NCBI GenBank assembly: GCA_002269645.1
Contig: NIVC01001154.1
Location: 62,001-126,000 of the forward strand
From: Macrostomum lignano
Taxonomy: Eukaryota
Length of the DNA: 64,000 nucleotides
Direction of reading: 5' to 3'
Positions within the stretch are counted from its first letter, which is position 1. Every line of letters starts with the position of its first letter. Positions 31,371 to 44,416 of this stretch are shown here, one piece after another. The notes beneath the pieces were generated by a model. That model made no database searches. It had not been told where the DNA came from and was given only the letters and a program-made list of their open reading frames with translations. The position numbers and the translations under genes were made by a program.

Positions 31371-33817
31371 TCTTCCAAGGTGTTTTACTTTCTTGTCCTT
31401 CCCCTGACCGTTTTAAATATCGCTCACTGCACTCACGCTCACACTTCTCTCTCCTCACTAACAACCTAGGGTGCTCTTGGCACAGGAAAGGTAAAGAAAC
31501 AAATGCTAAGACTATTGTTATCTGGGTTTTCTAATAGTCAACATTAAAGACAAGGAAGACAGTGAATACAATACATTGAAGACAACAAATGGCATTTGGA
31601 AACAGAGTACTACTAAAGGACAAATCACATTAAAATGATTGGGAAGATTGGCAGCAAGGATATTTGAGAAAAAGCTTAATCTGTTTTAGCTTTACACACA
31701 TTTATAGGAACTTGAAATTTAATTAACCACTATAAAGCCAATAAGTATTTCTAATAATAACAATTTTAGTACTTGCTTTACCTAGTGCTAAGCAATGTTA
31801 TTTACTCTTCATTTTATTATCTAAATGATCAAATGTAAGTTTGATAATGAATAAAAGCTTATCATAATGAGTCATTAAAAATAATAAAAGCATTAAGAAT
31901 TCTAATTTTTAGCAAATTAGAACAAATGGTTTTAATTGACTTAATAATTTTAAACATTTTAAAGAAAAGTATTATAAATTAAAATAAGAGATAATGAATT
32001 TGCTTAAAAATATTAAAATGAATTTTTTTCAAATATACTATACTTTTTCCAAAGTAGTTTTTCAATTTTTCTATCTTATTCTTAGTAATATTCCTAATTA
32101 AAAACTTATTTACCATAGGCTACTAGCTGTTAAAGCCTTAGAAAATTGGTCAAGCTTAGTATTATAATAAATATATAAAACTTTGAGATTTATCTATATC
32201 TATTTCTATTGACATATATGCATATAAGTTGCTATTAGACAAAAAACTATCATAATTATCTTATCAAATAGCAACTTATGTTTATCATCAATAGAATTAA
32301 GTTAAATTATTTTTATATATATGATAATTATAATACAACTAAAAGTATATATATATTAGATTTTTTTCAAGGCCTACACATTTGACATTTAGAACAATTG
32401 GCATATAAATTATTAAACATATAAATACAGGACATATATTTAACAAACATTTAATTTAGACATGCTATACAGTATGTTAGGACTATATCTATGACAATCT
32501 AAAAGATTTAAGACTAATGCATTTACACACTTTTTGTAGCATATTTAATATATATATATATATAGGCTAAATATATAGCTACAGTCTATGGAATATATAT
32601 CTAAAAAATATCCAGACCTAAATCCCTAATTTTCTTTGCAACTTTGCATTGTTTTATTTTTATTAATATTTATAATATTTGTAATATTTAAATGGTCAAT
32701 AAGGCCTATACTACAGAAAGAAAATATAATTAGGCAAAAGATACTGCCCTAGGTCTAAGATTATGTAGCCATAGGCCTAGTCCATTATTTATGAGTAACC
32801 TATATATGTCTATGATTCATTGTCATTGACATCAACAGCACAATTCAACTATGCAATTCATATTAGGTGATTTAGGTCTAGCTTGTTAAATTGAAAGACT
32901 TGTTACAAGCTACAGTACAAAATATGTAACACATTTATTGCAATACATTTATTACAATAGATGGTAAGACACGCCCCTTAATCGTTAATTGGTGCATCTG
33001 GAGTCACGTGACAATTTGAATAGGCCTAAAGAGATGGTAGTAATATGGAATTACACAGCATATTGACAGTATGGATATTTAAAGTTGTTTGAGCGTGAGC
33101 ACTGAAAACATGTTCCACAGCGTATAATAAGCCCCAGTTAATAATAATAAAAAAAGTTGCGCATGCACGATATTAATACACACTGTGCCGGAAGCGTTGT
33201 TGCACGATAATTCTGAAATAAATAAAACTTAAATTCGCGGTGCATACTGATCAAAGCAATCTATATATTAGAAAAACAAATCTGCCTAGCTAATTATTAT
33301 ACTATAAGTTCTTCATTGATTTGCTTCATTAAAATTAATAAAATACGTTAAATTCGTTTTAAAACTTTTCTTAAAGCTTTCTAAAGAGATAAAATAAAGC
33401 GTTGGTACAAATTTCAACGTTTGTAAACTAAATTTTTTAAATCTAATTTTTAATTTTTGATCGATTAGAGAAAAACTGCTCAACCGATTTTCTTCGAACT
33501 CTTATTTACTTTTTACTGCGTGGGTTCAGTTCAGTTGTGAGTTAAGGACATGGTCATAACTACAAGATATTCATGATTTTCGATTATTTGAATATGTCGA
33601 TTTTTTTAATGCCCTTTTTTATTTCTTTTTACTCACCTAGATGTTTATTTTAATTATGATTCTCTGGTGATCTCCGTCTTTAAAGTCTCCTAAAGTTTTT
33701 TAGTATTATTTATGTATTCAAATTAGAAAAATGAAGCAGAGCCATTAAAAATAAAAAGCAATTATAGTTGTTAAATTACGCATTATTTGTTTTTCAGCCT
33801 GGCCGATGTCCTGACAC

Positions 33818-34233
33818 ATGGATTCCATTGTCTACAAAAATGATTCTACAGGTCCACATTCATTATTACAAGAAAAGTGGCAGTATCATTCTCGCCAGTC
33901 AGAACACACAGAAAAATGTCCGAGGTTATTATTAGACGATGGAGTTAAGAGACAACGCTGTTTCGTGTGTGGAATTGAGCTAGCTAGTGAGAAGTACGTC
34001 GAACACATTCAGAGTGCGGCTCACCGAATAAACTTACAGCGATTAGGTGGCGGCGGCGATGGCGCCCACACCAACGCTAAAGACGACGCTGAGAAGGCTG
34101 AAATGAGCTCTGCCGTTGCAGAATACCACAGTAGTGGAGGCTACCGGGGTTACAATGACAATGATTTCGAGGCTAGAAATGCTGAAGGAGAAGCTGAGTA
34201 TTATGGCTCCCTTTGGAAAACTGCGAAGTCCCT

Positions 34234-34276
<43 letters not shown>

Positions 34277-36587
34277 ATGCTGGAGCATCCACGCACGGAC
34301 GCTCTGCTCGCAGAAGCCTTGGCTCAGCTGGCGAGACTGCGCGCCGAACGGGCCGGACGGGGAGAGAAAGCCGAGAGAAACGCTCGTAGCTTCTCTTGGC
34401 GATACCGCAATGAGCTCGAGGCGGAAGTGGAGCCGGTAGAGGCCGCTGAGTCAAGCCGGAGCAACGACGATAGAAGTAGCAACCGGCGGCGACGGCAGCG
34501 AGAGCGCTGCGACAGCGCCACGGAGACGGAGACCTTGATAGTGACCCCGCTGGAGACCTGCCGGACCGATGCTACGGGCGCCGAATTGTTGCTGCACCGC
34601 TCGGCTCGGGACGTCCCCAGCCAAGAAACGACGATGCGGCAAACACGTGACGCTGCTGTGGCCACTGAGACGGACCTCGAGACGGCGACCTCTTCGGCAG
34701 CGACAAAACAACTGTCGGTACCAGCAGCGGTTGAAGTCAAGGAGGAAAAACCTACCGCCGACCGTTTCGACTTTGCCAGCCAGATGCCGACGCCTCGTCT
34801 GGCTGCGTCAACCGACTCGGAGGTGGCCGCCATCAACGGCTTGGCGGACGCGGCAGTTCAGAAGGAGGCGGAGGAGGAGGCAGAGGTGAGCGACCGGACA
34901 GCCTCTCCGCTGCCGCATCGCAGCCGGGAGGTGGAGCGAATGCAGGCTGCCCTGGAGCTGTCTCTGCAGGCCGACCAAGTTGACGACGTGATCGGTGAAG
35001 TTGACGATCGAATTGCCGATCTGCGCCGGCAGGTTGAGGCTTTGAACGAGCAGATCGCGGCGGAGGAGGCCGTGCGTGAAGAGGTACGATCTGTAGGCAT
35101 TCAGAGCCACTGTTATTGAGCATATTGACAGCTACATGTGATCAAGATAAAGCAACTGTACATACTTGTTTCCCCGACTAATATTGCAGCTGCAACAAAA
35201 GCGACTAGAAATTCTGCAGCGCAGAGTGGACGTTCTGAGAGGTGAGTGAAAGCTGCGAGTATTTTTCATGACAGCACCAAGGACTGCTCAATTTGGACGG
35301 GAAACTACGTTTCTTAGATATAGGCTATAGAATTAACATAGAATCCTATTTTTCCTAACAAAAATCTCTACACGAATAGCAATACAGCTACGAGTATAAG
35401 CTAAAAGGCAAGTCATATCAAAACATAAACATTGAGTCCGCCTGCTATCAAAAGCAGTGACAAATCTAGTGCTGAAAAAAGGAAAACCTCCATTCTCCGT
35501 GTTGTATTTTTTTCAATAAGAAATCTGCATATTCTAGGAAAAATATAAATTTCCAAGTAACGTAGTTTCCTGTCCTTCTTGAGTAGTCCTTCGACCGGAT
35601 TCCCTTGACAGCCATCCCCATCTTATCAAACTACTGAACCTGTTCCTTGTCTCCCAATTTCAGGTTGCTTCGAGTTGCCTGTACTTAATGGAGGCGAACC
35701 CTCTTCGGCGAGGTTTGCACGCGACGACTTCTGTGAAACTGAAAACGCTGCGTCGCCTTCGCCACCGCCGCCGCCGCAGCAGCAGCAGCAGTCGTTCCCC
35801 GCCGATTTTGAAACGGATGCAGAGACCGGCCAATCCGGCAGCGAGGTGCAGCGTCAGTCGCTGGTACACCGCGTCCTACTTGACGACTCTGAAGCCTCGG
35901 CAGCTAACGGAGGCGGCCCCCTGGCGGTGGACTCACCCAGAGATGCCGATCTCATCCAGCAAACCCTCGATCGACTATCGGCGCTTTCGCAGCCGCCACC
36001 GCCGCCTTCAAAGCAAGTTCAACAAGGCCGGCGTCGGCCGCGAAAGCAATGCCAGCCCGCGGAGCCGGAGTTGCCGCCGGCCGAGGTGCTCAGCGACGTC
36101 TTGTCGGCGGCGCCGCGCGAACCGCCAAGTCGACCTGCATCGGCTGCTGCACTCGCCGGCGACGATGGCAAGGCGCGCATCAGCCGCCGCACCGCCTCAG
36201 AGACACGGCTTCCGATCGACGAGGCCTGCGCAGGCCGCGGCAGCAGCAACGTTAATAACTCAACAAGTCACCGACGCCCCCGACGCCGGCGGGTCAGCAG
36301 CGGGCGCTCCAGCGCGACGATCCGGCGTTCGCGGCGGCTTTGCGTGAGTATTTGCACGCCACGAGCGGCAGCGGCTCGACTTCGTCAGACGCCGATGCTG
36401 AAAGCTCCGCCGATCGTCCGTCGAAGCGGCCAATCCGACTGGACGCTCATCCAGGAGCTCCAGTACTCAGCGCCGTCAGTCACAACGGGCTGCTCTACAC
36501 CGGCTCGGCTAGCGGCACCGGCGCTGTTCTCTGCCTGGCAACGCGGCGACGTCTGGCCGACTTTCACTGCGGAGACGACGAGCGCGA

Positions 36588-36618
<31 letters not shown>

Positions 36619-37479
36619 ATCATCTGTCTGGCACTGTGCGACGGCTTGCCAAATCGACTGCTCGCCTGCGCTTCGAACGGCGTCGTGTCGCTTCACGACG
36701 CTCGAAGCGGCCGCCGCCTGGCCCAGTGGCGTCTGCCGTCGGAGCTTAGCGCAGCCCGGGCCAGCCACGGCCGGCTTTACCTGGGCCTGGCCGGCGGCCG
36801 GCTGGCCACCTGCGATCTGGCGGCACCGGCGAAGCCGACTGTTTTAACCGGCTTGCCGGCCCTGAACGACGCCGTCACGGCGGTGGAATCGATGCCGGCT
36901 GACAGTCGCGACCGTCAGCTGATCATCGGCTGCGCCAGCGGCTCCATTAGAATGTTCGACGAGAGCACCGGTCGCGAGCTGGCCGCACTGGGCAGCCACG
37001 CGCGTCATGGCTGCGGCGCTGGTGCCGTTCTAGCGATTCGAGCCCCAGACTCCTGCTGGATCTGCAGCCTCAGCGAGTGTGCAGCGCTTGTACACAGCCG
37101 GACTGAGCGGCAGGCCGCTGCCGCCTGCTGGTCCACCCGTCGCCTCCTTGGCCCGATCGAGCCAGTCCGTCTGGCCGCGCTGGAGACGGTCAGCCGTTGG
37201 CTTCTCGTCGGCTGCTCCGACGGCTCCGTCCGCTGCTTTGCCGATTTTAATCGGCGCTCTAACTCTGAATTGGCGGCAACAATTCTGATTGGCTCGCGTC
37301 ATCGGCCAATCACCTCGCTGGCCGTCTGCCAGGACAGTCGGCTGGCCTGCGGCGACGCAGCTGGACAAGTCGAACTTCGCCACCTGCCGGCAGCTGCCTG
37401 CGACGACGACTACGACGACGATGACGATGAAGACACTCCGACGAGGACGACCCCGACGCTGCCACCGATTGCTTTCTGA
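33818..37479 (+). CDS. ZNF106: ZNF106-like protein (N-terminal C2H2 finger, coiled coil, C-terminal WD40); exons 33818-35083, 35190-35241, 35664-37479 with a frame break near 36259-36340
   Basis: CFVC...EHIQSAAH finger; GAG|GTACGA to TTGCAG|CTG gives EEAVREE|LQQKRLEILQRRVDVLR, then phase-1 GTGAGT to TTTCAG; WD40-like NGLLYTGSA, GRLYLGLAGG, QLIIGCASGSIRMFD recall vertebrate ZNF106 (from memory). Confidence 0.7.
35277..35592. mobile_element. MITE in intron 2 of the ZNF106-like gene, ~35-bp imperfect TIRs
   Basis: CCAAGGACTGCTCAATTTGGACGGGAAACTACGTT inverted at 35559-35593 (29/35 matches); interior 35440-35520 resembles 38235-38310. Confidence 0.7.
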
Positions 37480-37768
37480 TTCAGAGAGAGAGAGAGAATA
37501 AAAACACGCGCGTCGAGCTACTTTAAGTAGAAAAATAAGATAAAGATACCGATGGTCGTTTAACAGACCCATCAATAATTGGGGGGGTAAAATCAAGTCA
37601 GCTTGGTTGCTTGACCTGTCTGTTTTATATCGTATCGTGAATGGCTTAGATGCAGTTGTTCTCTATGGAGGTTACTCATGAGTTCGATTGTTATGAAGTT
37701 GTTTCTTTAATCTTACTCGTAGTTTTATCTTATCGGCAATTTCTTACTCTCCGAGCTACACGTTCAAG

Positions 37769-38378
37769 CCAAGGACAACTAAAGCAACGTATAGACAGGA
37801 CGCGACACTCACGTTTCATGGAAAAAGTTTTGAAGGCCACTTTTCGCTGAAAATACACTACGGAGATTGGAAGTTTTCATTTTTTCAGCACAAAAATTGT
37901 TATTGCTTTCGAAAGGAGGCAGACCCAATGTTCATCTTTTGATATGTTGTGCCTTTCTTATTGCTCTATTGATATTCATAAAGCTTTTCGTTCAGAAAAT
38001 TAGGATTCAATGTTAATTTCTTACTCTACGTACCTCATTGGTTTTAGGAGTCTATTTTGTCCTTCTACGCTGACTGTGTAACAATATGCGTAACAGTGAT
38101 GATAAAATAGATTCATAGAACCAAAGATTGGAGCTGTGCCATGCATTTTTTATGTTATTAGGTACAGGAAATGTACGTTGAATAAAAAATTTACATTTTA
38201 TGTAAGAAAGGCACAGCATATCAGGGGATGAGCACTGGATCTGCCTCCTATCAAAAGCAATAACAATTTCTGTGCTGAAAAATGAAAACTTCCTATTTCC
38301 GTAGTGTATTTTTCGACGAAAAGTGGCCTTTTTCCATAGATTTCGGGTGTTGCGTCCTTCTACTTTAGTAGTCCTTGG
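37769..38378. mobile_element. Foldback/MITE with ~190-bp diverged inverted arms
   Basis: 37769-37960 is the approximate reverse complement of 38203-38378; ends begin CCAAGGAC. Confidence 0.8.
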
Positions 38379-38561
38379 TTCAAGCACGTGCGCTGCTTTG
38401 AAGTTCTATTGAAGATGATTCAATCTTTCGTGAATGCTTTGGAAATCTGATCAGGGCCATGAAATGAAGGCTGAGATTTCGTGTAATCACATAGAAAGTA
38501 CGCACCATTGTGAATCTCATGGCGAATTCCTCCCTGAATTTCGACTCATACGAGTAACGTA

Positions 38562-39021
38562 CGAGGGGTGTCCCAGAGGTGGTGTCACTTTTGCTTGCTT
38601 CCCTGAAATTCACGAAAACCTGACCCGCATTCACGGTCCCGATTCCATCAGTCAACGAACAGTTTACAGGTGGATCGAACAGTTCGAGGCTGGCTGTAGA
38701 TATCAAAGACCAACCACCTTTGGGTAAGTTGGCAAAACATACTGCCGGCCAGCCTCGAACTGCTGTCTTGCAACTCTGTGCTTGATGGGCTGTACTTGTG
38801 GCCTTCTGAGTGAGCATAGAAGCACTATGCGGTGTATATTTCTATGCTAAGGGTATGCGAACAAATGCATGCTGCTTATAGCAGGAAGCACTTATAAAAT
38901 CGGACTTTCGTGGCATGAAAGCTAAAATAAGCCGCTAAATTTTAAGGCACATGATTTTTTCGACACACATTAATACTTGTGGAAGCAAGCAAAAGTGACA
39001 CAACTTCTGGGACACCCCTCG
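38562..39021 (+). mobile_element. Internally deleted mariner element (460 bp)
   Basis: TA TSDs at 38560-61 and 39022-23; ~40-bp TIR CGAGGGGTGTCCCAGA.GT.GTGTCACTTTTGCTTGCTTCC; remnant IHENLTRIHGPDSISQRTVYRWIEQFEAG resembles the mariner transposase N-terminal HTH. Confidence 0.92.
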
Positions 39022-39619
39022 TACATATGCACTTCTTTTTTACACACAAGATATTCCTTTAATCTTCCTCTTAGCTGAAACAATTGAACGATTTTGATAT
39101 TAATTCTTTTTGTTTAAAAGTGCTGGTTGCTCAAACAGTTTTTTTCTGAATAGCCATACAATCTTCCCAAATTGTTAATCCACAATACTTTTTCTAGAAT
39201 TAGCAACATACCATGCGATCCGACTTCCTTATTAGTTTAATGCAAGCCGCAGCTGCGTGACAACTGCTGACGCGATGCTATTAAGCTGTTTTTACAATCG
39301 AGTTTATTTTTTATTTTTACCCCGTAGTGAACCCATGAAGACATGAAGACTCGTAATCTCCTGCTTTTTAAGAACTTTTTTATTGATGGAATTTTTTTTT
39401 CCTTTGACATTGTAACAACTTTCATCGCGCTGCTTTATATTAACAAAATTAATATTTTTACAGTATAATTTTTATACTAGCTCGTAAATATTCAATATGA
39501 TAAGTCAATTTAGTAGCGATTCCCATGTGGTCTGATAGAGACAAAAACATGAAAAAGTTGTCGCTAATGCTAATTCTTCCTTAAATTTTAAATTGAAGCC
39601 AAGCCTCTGGGACCGTTAG

Positions 39620-40440
39620 TGATCTGGGATCAGGGGTCAGTGATCAGTGATCAGGGACCAGGAATCAGGGATCAGTGATCAGGGACCAGTGATCAGGGAC
39701 TAGGGATCAGTGATCAGAGACCAGGGATCAGTGATCAGGGATCAGGGATCAGTGATCAGAGACCAGGGATCAGAGATCAGTGACCAGGGATCAGTGATCA
39801 GGGACCAGGAATCAAGGATCAGTGATCAGGGACCAGTGATCTGGGACCAGGGATCAGTGATCAGTGACCAGGGATCAGTGATCAGTGATAAGAGACCAGG
39901 AATCAGGGATCAGTGATCAGGGACCAGTGATCAGGGACCAGGGATCAGGGACCAGGGATCAGTGATCAGTGACCAGAGACCAGGGATCAGTGATCAGAGA
40001 CCAGGGATCAGTGATCAGTGATCAGGGATCAGTGATCAGGGATCAGTGATCAGGGATCAGTGATTAGAGACCAGGGATCAGTGATTAGGGATCAGGGATC
40101 AGTGATCAGAGACCAGGGATCAGTGATCAGGGATCAGGGATCAGTGATTAGAGACCAGGGATCACTGATAAGGGATCAGGGATCAGTGATTAGAGACCAG
40201 GGATCAGTGATTAGGAATCAGGGATCAGTGATCAGAGACCAGGAATCAGGGATCAGGGATCAGGGACCAGGGATCAGTGATTAGAGACCAGGGATCAGTG
40301 ATTAGAGACCAGGGATCAGTGATTAGGAATCAGGGATCAGTGATCAGTGATTAGAGACCAGGGATCAGTGATCAGGGATCAGGGATCAGTGATTAGAGAC
40401 CAGGGATCACTGATAAGGGATCAGGGATCAGTAATCAGGG
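39620..40440. repeat. 7-bp-based satellite (GATCAGT/GATCAGG/GACCAGG)
   Basis: Tandem heptamers visible directly. Confidence 0.95.
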
Positions 40441-40989
40441 ATTTTATAAAAATTAAAAAGCAAAGCAAGAGAAATCGTACAGTTTTCGAGTAAGATTAGT
40501 TGTCAGAAGGAAGAAAGACCCTGCTCAGTCCAAGAGTCAGGGATGCACTCAACAGTTAAGCAGCTAATGCCCTCAAAAGTGCAAAAGTGCGCATTTATTT
40601 CATATCCGATTGCGCAACTCTACAAGGTACACCAAGCGAGCACATAATCATTTGGTTTAAAAGCAAAAGTGCATCAATCAAAAGTAGGAAATTAAAAATC
40701 TTATATTGGAAGTCAGTTCAAAAGCATCGAACGAAATGAATAGAGGGAAATAAAAAAAGACAACAGAATACCTTGTTCAAGCCGAAATAGATTTGACAAG
40801 AATAATGACTATAATGAGAAGAAGGCATTTTAGATGTAAAGCCACAGAGTTAAATGGAGGACTCCTGCTCAATAAGTATATTAAGACATGTATGTACCGT
40901 AAGAAACAAAGCTCATTGTTGATGATGACCAAAGCATGACCGGATTAAATACAAAAAATGGAGAGGGCTAAAGAATAAGAGTTACACCT

Positions 40990-41470
40990 AGCCAGAAGCA
41001 GAAATCTGGACTGTGCTGCTGCATCTCCGTCTCTGCCAGAGTCCGTACTCAGAAAAATTTCACACTGAGGCAGCTCAATCGGCTGTGAAACGTCTTCGCG
41101 TTGCTTTGAGCACATCGCGCAGAATCTGCTGCTGCTGCTGCTGCTGCGATGCATTCTCCAGTTGTTGAACAGCTTCAGCATCCTGTAGCGGTGCTGGTGT
41201 CGACTGCGTCGGCTCCTGCTGCTCCCGGCAGGTGTCCAAAGACATTCTATTCATCTCGTAGAGAACGAAACCGTCGTCTGTGGGGTGACTCCTAGCTGGA
41301 AACTTTGTCGCCGTAGCTTCTCCATCCCTGCTGCCGCTGTTGCTGCCCGCAGCCTCCGCCTGGCCAGCTGGCTCCGCCTGGATTGGCCGCTTCCTACCGC
41401 CAACCAGATAGGGGAAGGAGGCGGGGAATAGGTGCAGCAGCCGGGGATCGATAGCCAGGTCGGGCCTCAT
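40990..41470 (-). CDS. Possible exon of an unknown gene (Q-rich, GC-rich), frame unresolved
   Basis: GC-rich island; ATG at 41470 begins MRPDLAIDPRLLHLFPASFPYL; two overlapping frames each look protein-like; no recognisable domain. Confidence 0.35.
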
Positions 41471-41749
41471 TAAGCCAGCCAGTTTGAGTTTTAAATTGGA
41501 CTCAAACAATACAGAACCAACACAAATGTACATCACTGAATTTATGACGAGATTATTCAAAAATATGAAATTATAAGGCGAGATTAGCGGAGACAGAGTG
41601 GGGAGAAACGAATAGATTGAAAAGTACAGGATGAGAGGAGAGAGTTGAGTAAAAGAAGATAGGGGGGATATACTCGTATGAGTAGGAAGAGAGGTGGAGA
41701 GCGAAGGAAGGAAAAAATGGGGGAGAGGACGAGGGCAGGAAAGAATAGG

Positions 41750-42850
41750 TGGTGGGGGAAGGAAAGAACAGAGGGTGAGGGAAGGAAAGAACAGAGGGTG
41801 AGGGAAGGAAAGAACAGGGGGGTGAGGGAAGGAAAGAACAGGGGGGTGAGGGAAGGAAAGAACAGAGGGTGAGGGAAGGAAAGAACAGGGGGGTGAGGGA
41901 AGGAAAGAACAGAGGGTGAGAGAAGGAAAGAACAGAGGGTGAGGGAAGGAAAGAACAGAGGGTGAGGGAAGGAAAGAACAGGGGGTGGGGAAGGAAAGAA
42001 TAGAAGGTGAGGGAAGGAAAGAACAGGGGTGAGGGAAGGAAAGAAAAGGGGTGAGGGAAGGAAAGACTAGGGGTGGGGGAAGGAAAGAACAGGGGGTGAG
42101 CGAAGGAAAGACTAGGGGTGGGGGAAGGAAAGAACAGGGGGTGGGGAAGGAAAGAACAGGGGGTGGGGGAAGGAAAGAATAGAAGGTGAGGGAAGGAAAG
42201 AACAGGGGTGAGGGAAGGAAAGAACAGAGGGTGAGGGAAGGAAAGAACAGGGGTGAGGGAAGGAAAGAAAAGGGGTGAGGGAAGGAAAGACTAGGGGTGG
42301 GGGAAGGAAAGAACAGGGGGTGAGCGAAGGAAAGACTAGGGGTGGGGGAAGGAAAGAACAGGGGGTGGGGAAGGAAAGAATAGGGGTGAGGGAAGGAAAG
42401 AACAGGGGGTGAGCGAAGGAAAGACTAGGGGTGGGGGAAGGAAAGAACAGGGGGTGGGGAAGGAAAGACTAGGGGTGGGGGAAGGAAAGAACAGGGGGTG
42501 GGGAAGGAAAGAATAGGGGTGGGGGAAGCAAAGAACAGGGGGTGAGGGAAGGAAAGAACAGGGGGTGAGGGAAGGAAAGAACAGGGGGTGGGGAAGGAAA
42601 GAATAGGGGTGGGGGAAGCAAAGAACAGGGGGTGAGGGAAGGAAAGAACAGAGGGTGAGGGAAGGAAAGAACAGAGGGTGAGGGAAGGAAAGAACAGGGG
42701 GTGGGGAAGGAAAGAATAGGGGTGGGGGAAGCAAAGAACAGGGGGTGAGGGAAGGAAAGAACAGAGGGTGAGGGAAGGAAAGAACAGAGGGTGAGGGAAG
42801 GAAAGAACAGGGGGTGAGGGAAGGAAAAATCAAGGGGGTGAGGGAACAGG
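41750..42850. repeat. Purine-rich ~23-bp minisatellite (GAGGGAAGGAAAGAACAGGGGGT)
   Basis: Tandem units visible directly. Confidence 0.95.
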
Positions 42851-43596
42851 GAAGGAGAGAAGTAAAGGCTCAAGAATGGCGGAAAGACAAGCAAATGTCC
42901 CTAACAGCCCACGCAGGCAAACGCTAAGACCATTAGTGTTCTCTAAAAGCGGCACATCTAAAATGTGGATTTTTAGATAAAAATCATAAGCATTACGACT
43001 GCAATTAAGACCTTAAGATTTTTTTAGTAACACAAACTCGATCTCTGAAAATAGTAAAAGTCTGCCTTTAAAAAATGAAAGCCAAAGCATTAGAATCATT
43101 CCAACACAAAGTCATTACGAAAACTCAGACGAACACTCGTAAGTGCTATATTTTTATTTCTAACATTTTTTTATAACCTACTGATTCGAAACGTGAGAGT
43201 TGATACAAAAATAAAATTTGCTAAGAGCTAGATTACTTTAAAGCTAGAGACAATCGATTTACAACATATTCTAGGTTAATATTACTGATTTTTAATGGAA
43301 TTACGAATAATTACTCTAGAAAACCAACAGAGAGAAATCCAATTAAATCGATATTCTGCCGATAAGCAACCACATTTTACGAGGGGTGTACCTCGTACAG
43401 GTGCTATTTTAAGCAACAAAAATAGACTAGACTAACAACAGCAACATAGTAATTGACAATACAACGAATGATTAATCTATGAAACTAGCATAGAGGCATC
43501 AGTTGTGTTGTTTGAAACCATTAAAATAGCTGTACAAACTACTGGGCTTTTATTAATGCCATTTTTGTTGAGCAGAGAAGATCAGCTTATAGTTGC

Positions 43597-44310
43597 TTCA
43601 CAACCCTCAAGCTTTACAATCCTCAAGCTTTACAATCCTCAAGCTTTACAATCCTCAAGCTTTACAATCCTCAAGCTTCACAATCCTCAAGCTTTACAAT
43701 CCTCAAGCTTTAAAATCCTTAAGCTTTACAATCCTCAAGCTTAACAATCCTCAAGCTTCACAATCCTCAAGCTTTACAATCCTCAAGCTTTACAATCCTC
43801 AAGCTTTACAATCCTCAAGCTTCACAATCCTCAAGCTTTACAATCCTCAAGCTTTACAATCCTTAAGCTTTACAATCCTCAAGCTTAACAATCCTCAAGC
43901 TTCACAATCCTCAAGCTTAACAATCCTCAAGCTTTACAATCCTCAAGCTTTACAATCCTCAAGCTTAACAATCCTCAAGCTTCACAATCCTCAAGCTTTA
44001 CAATCCTCAAGCTTTACAATCCTCAAGCTTAACAATCCTCAAGCTTTACAATCCTCAAGCTTAACAATCCTCAAGCTTTACAATCCTCAAGCTTTACAAT
44101 CCTCAAGCTTAACAATCCTCAAGCTTTACAATCCTCAAGCTTAACAATCCTCAAGCTTTACAATCCCAAGCTTCACAACCCTTAAGCTTCACAATTCCCA
44201 AGCTTCACAATCCCCAAGCTTCACAACCCTTAAGCTTCACAACTCCTAAGCTTCATAATCCCAAAGCTTCACAATACCTAAGCTTCACAAAACCTAAACT
44301 TTACAATCAA
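43597..44310. repeat. 16-bp minisatellite (ACAATCCTCAAGCTTT), decaying after ~44160
   Basis: Tandem units visible; abuts the 3' end of the NHA gene. Confidence 0.95.
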
Positions 44311-44416
44311 TAAACATCATAAGCCAATACTATCAAATTTTACAAACCAAATATTATAAGGTTAAAAATAATACTAGTGCCCACATTGCCGATATAACTA
44401 ATGTGCATTGTGCAAC

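Noticed and set aside
35688-36347. 219-aa ORF as a separate gene
   Set aside because: Arg-rich off-frame reading of the ZNF106-like exon; splice phase supports the other frame
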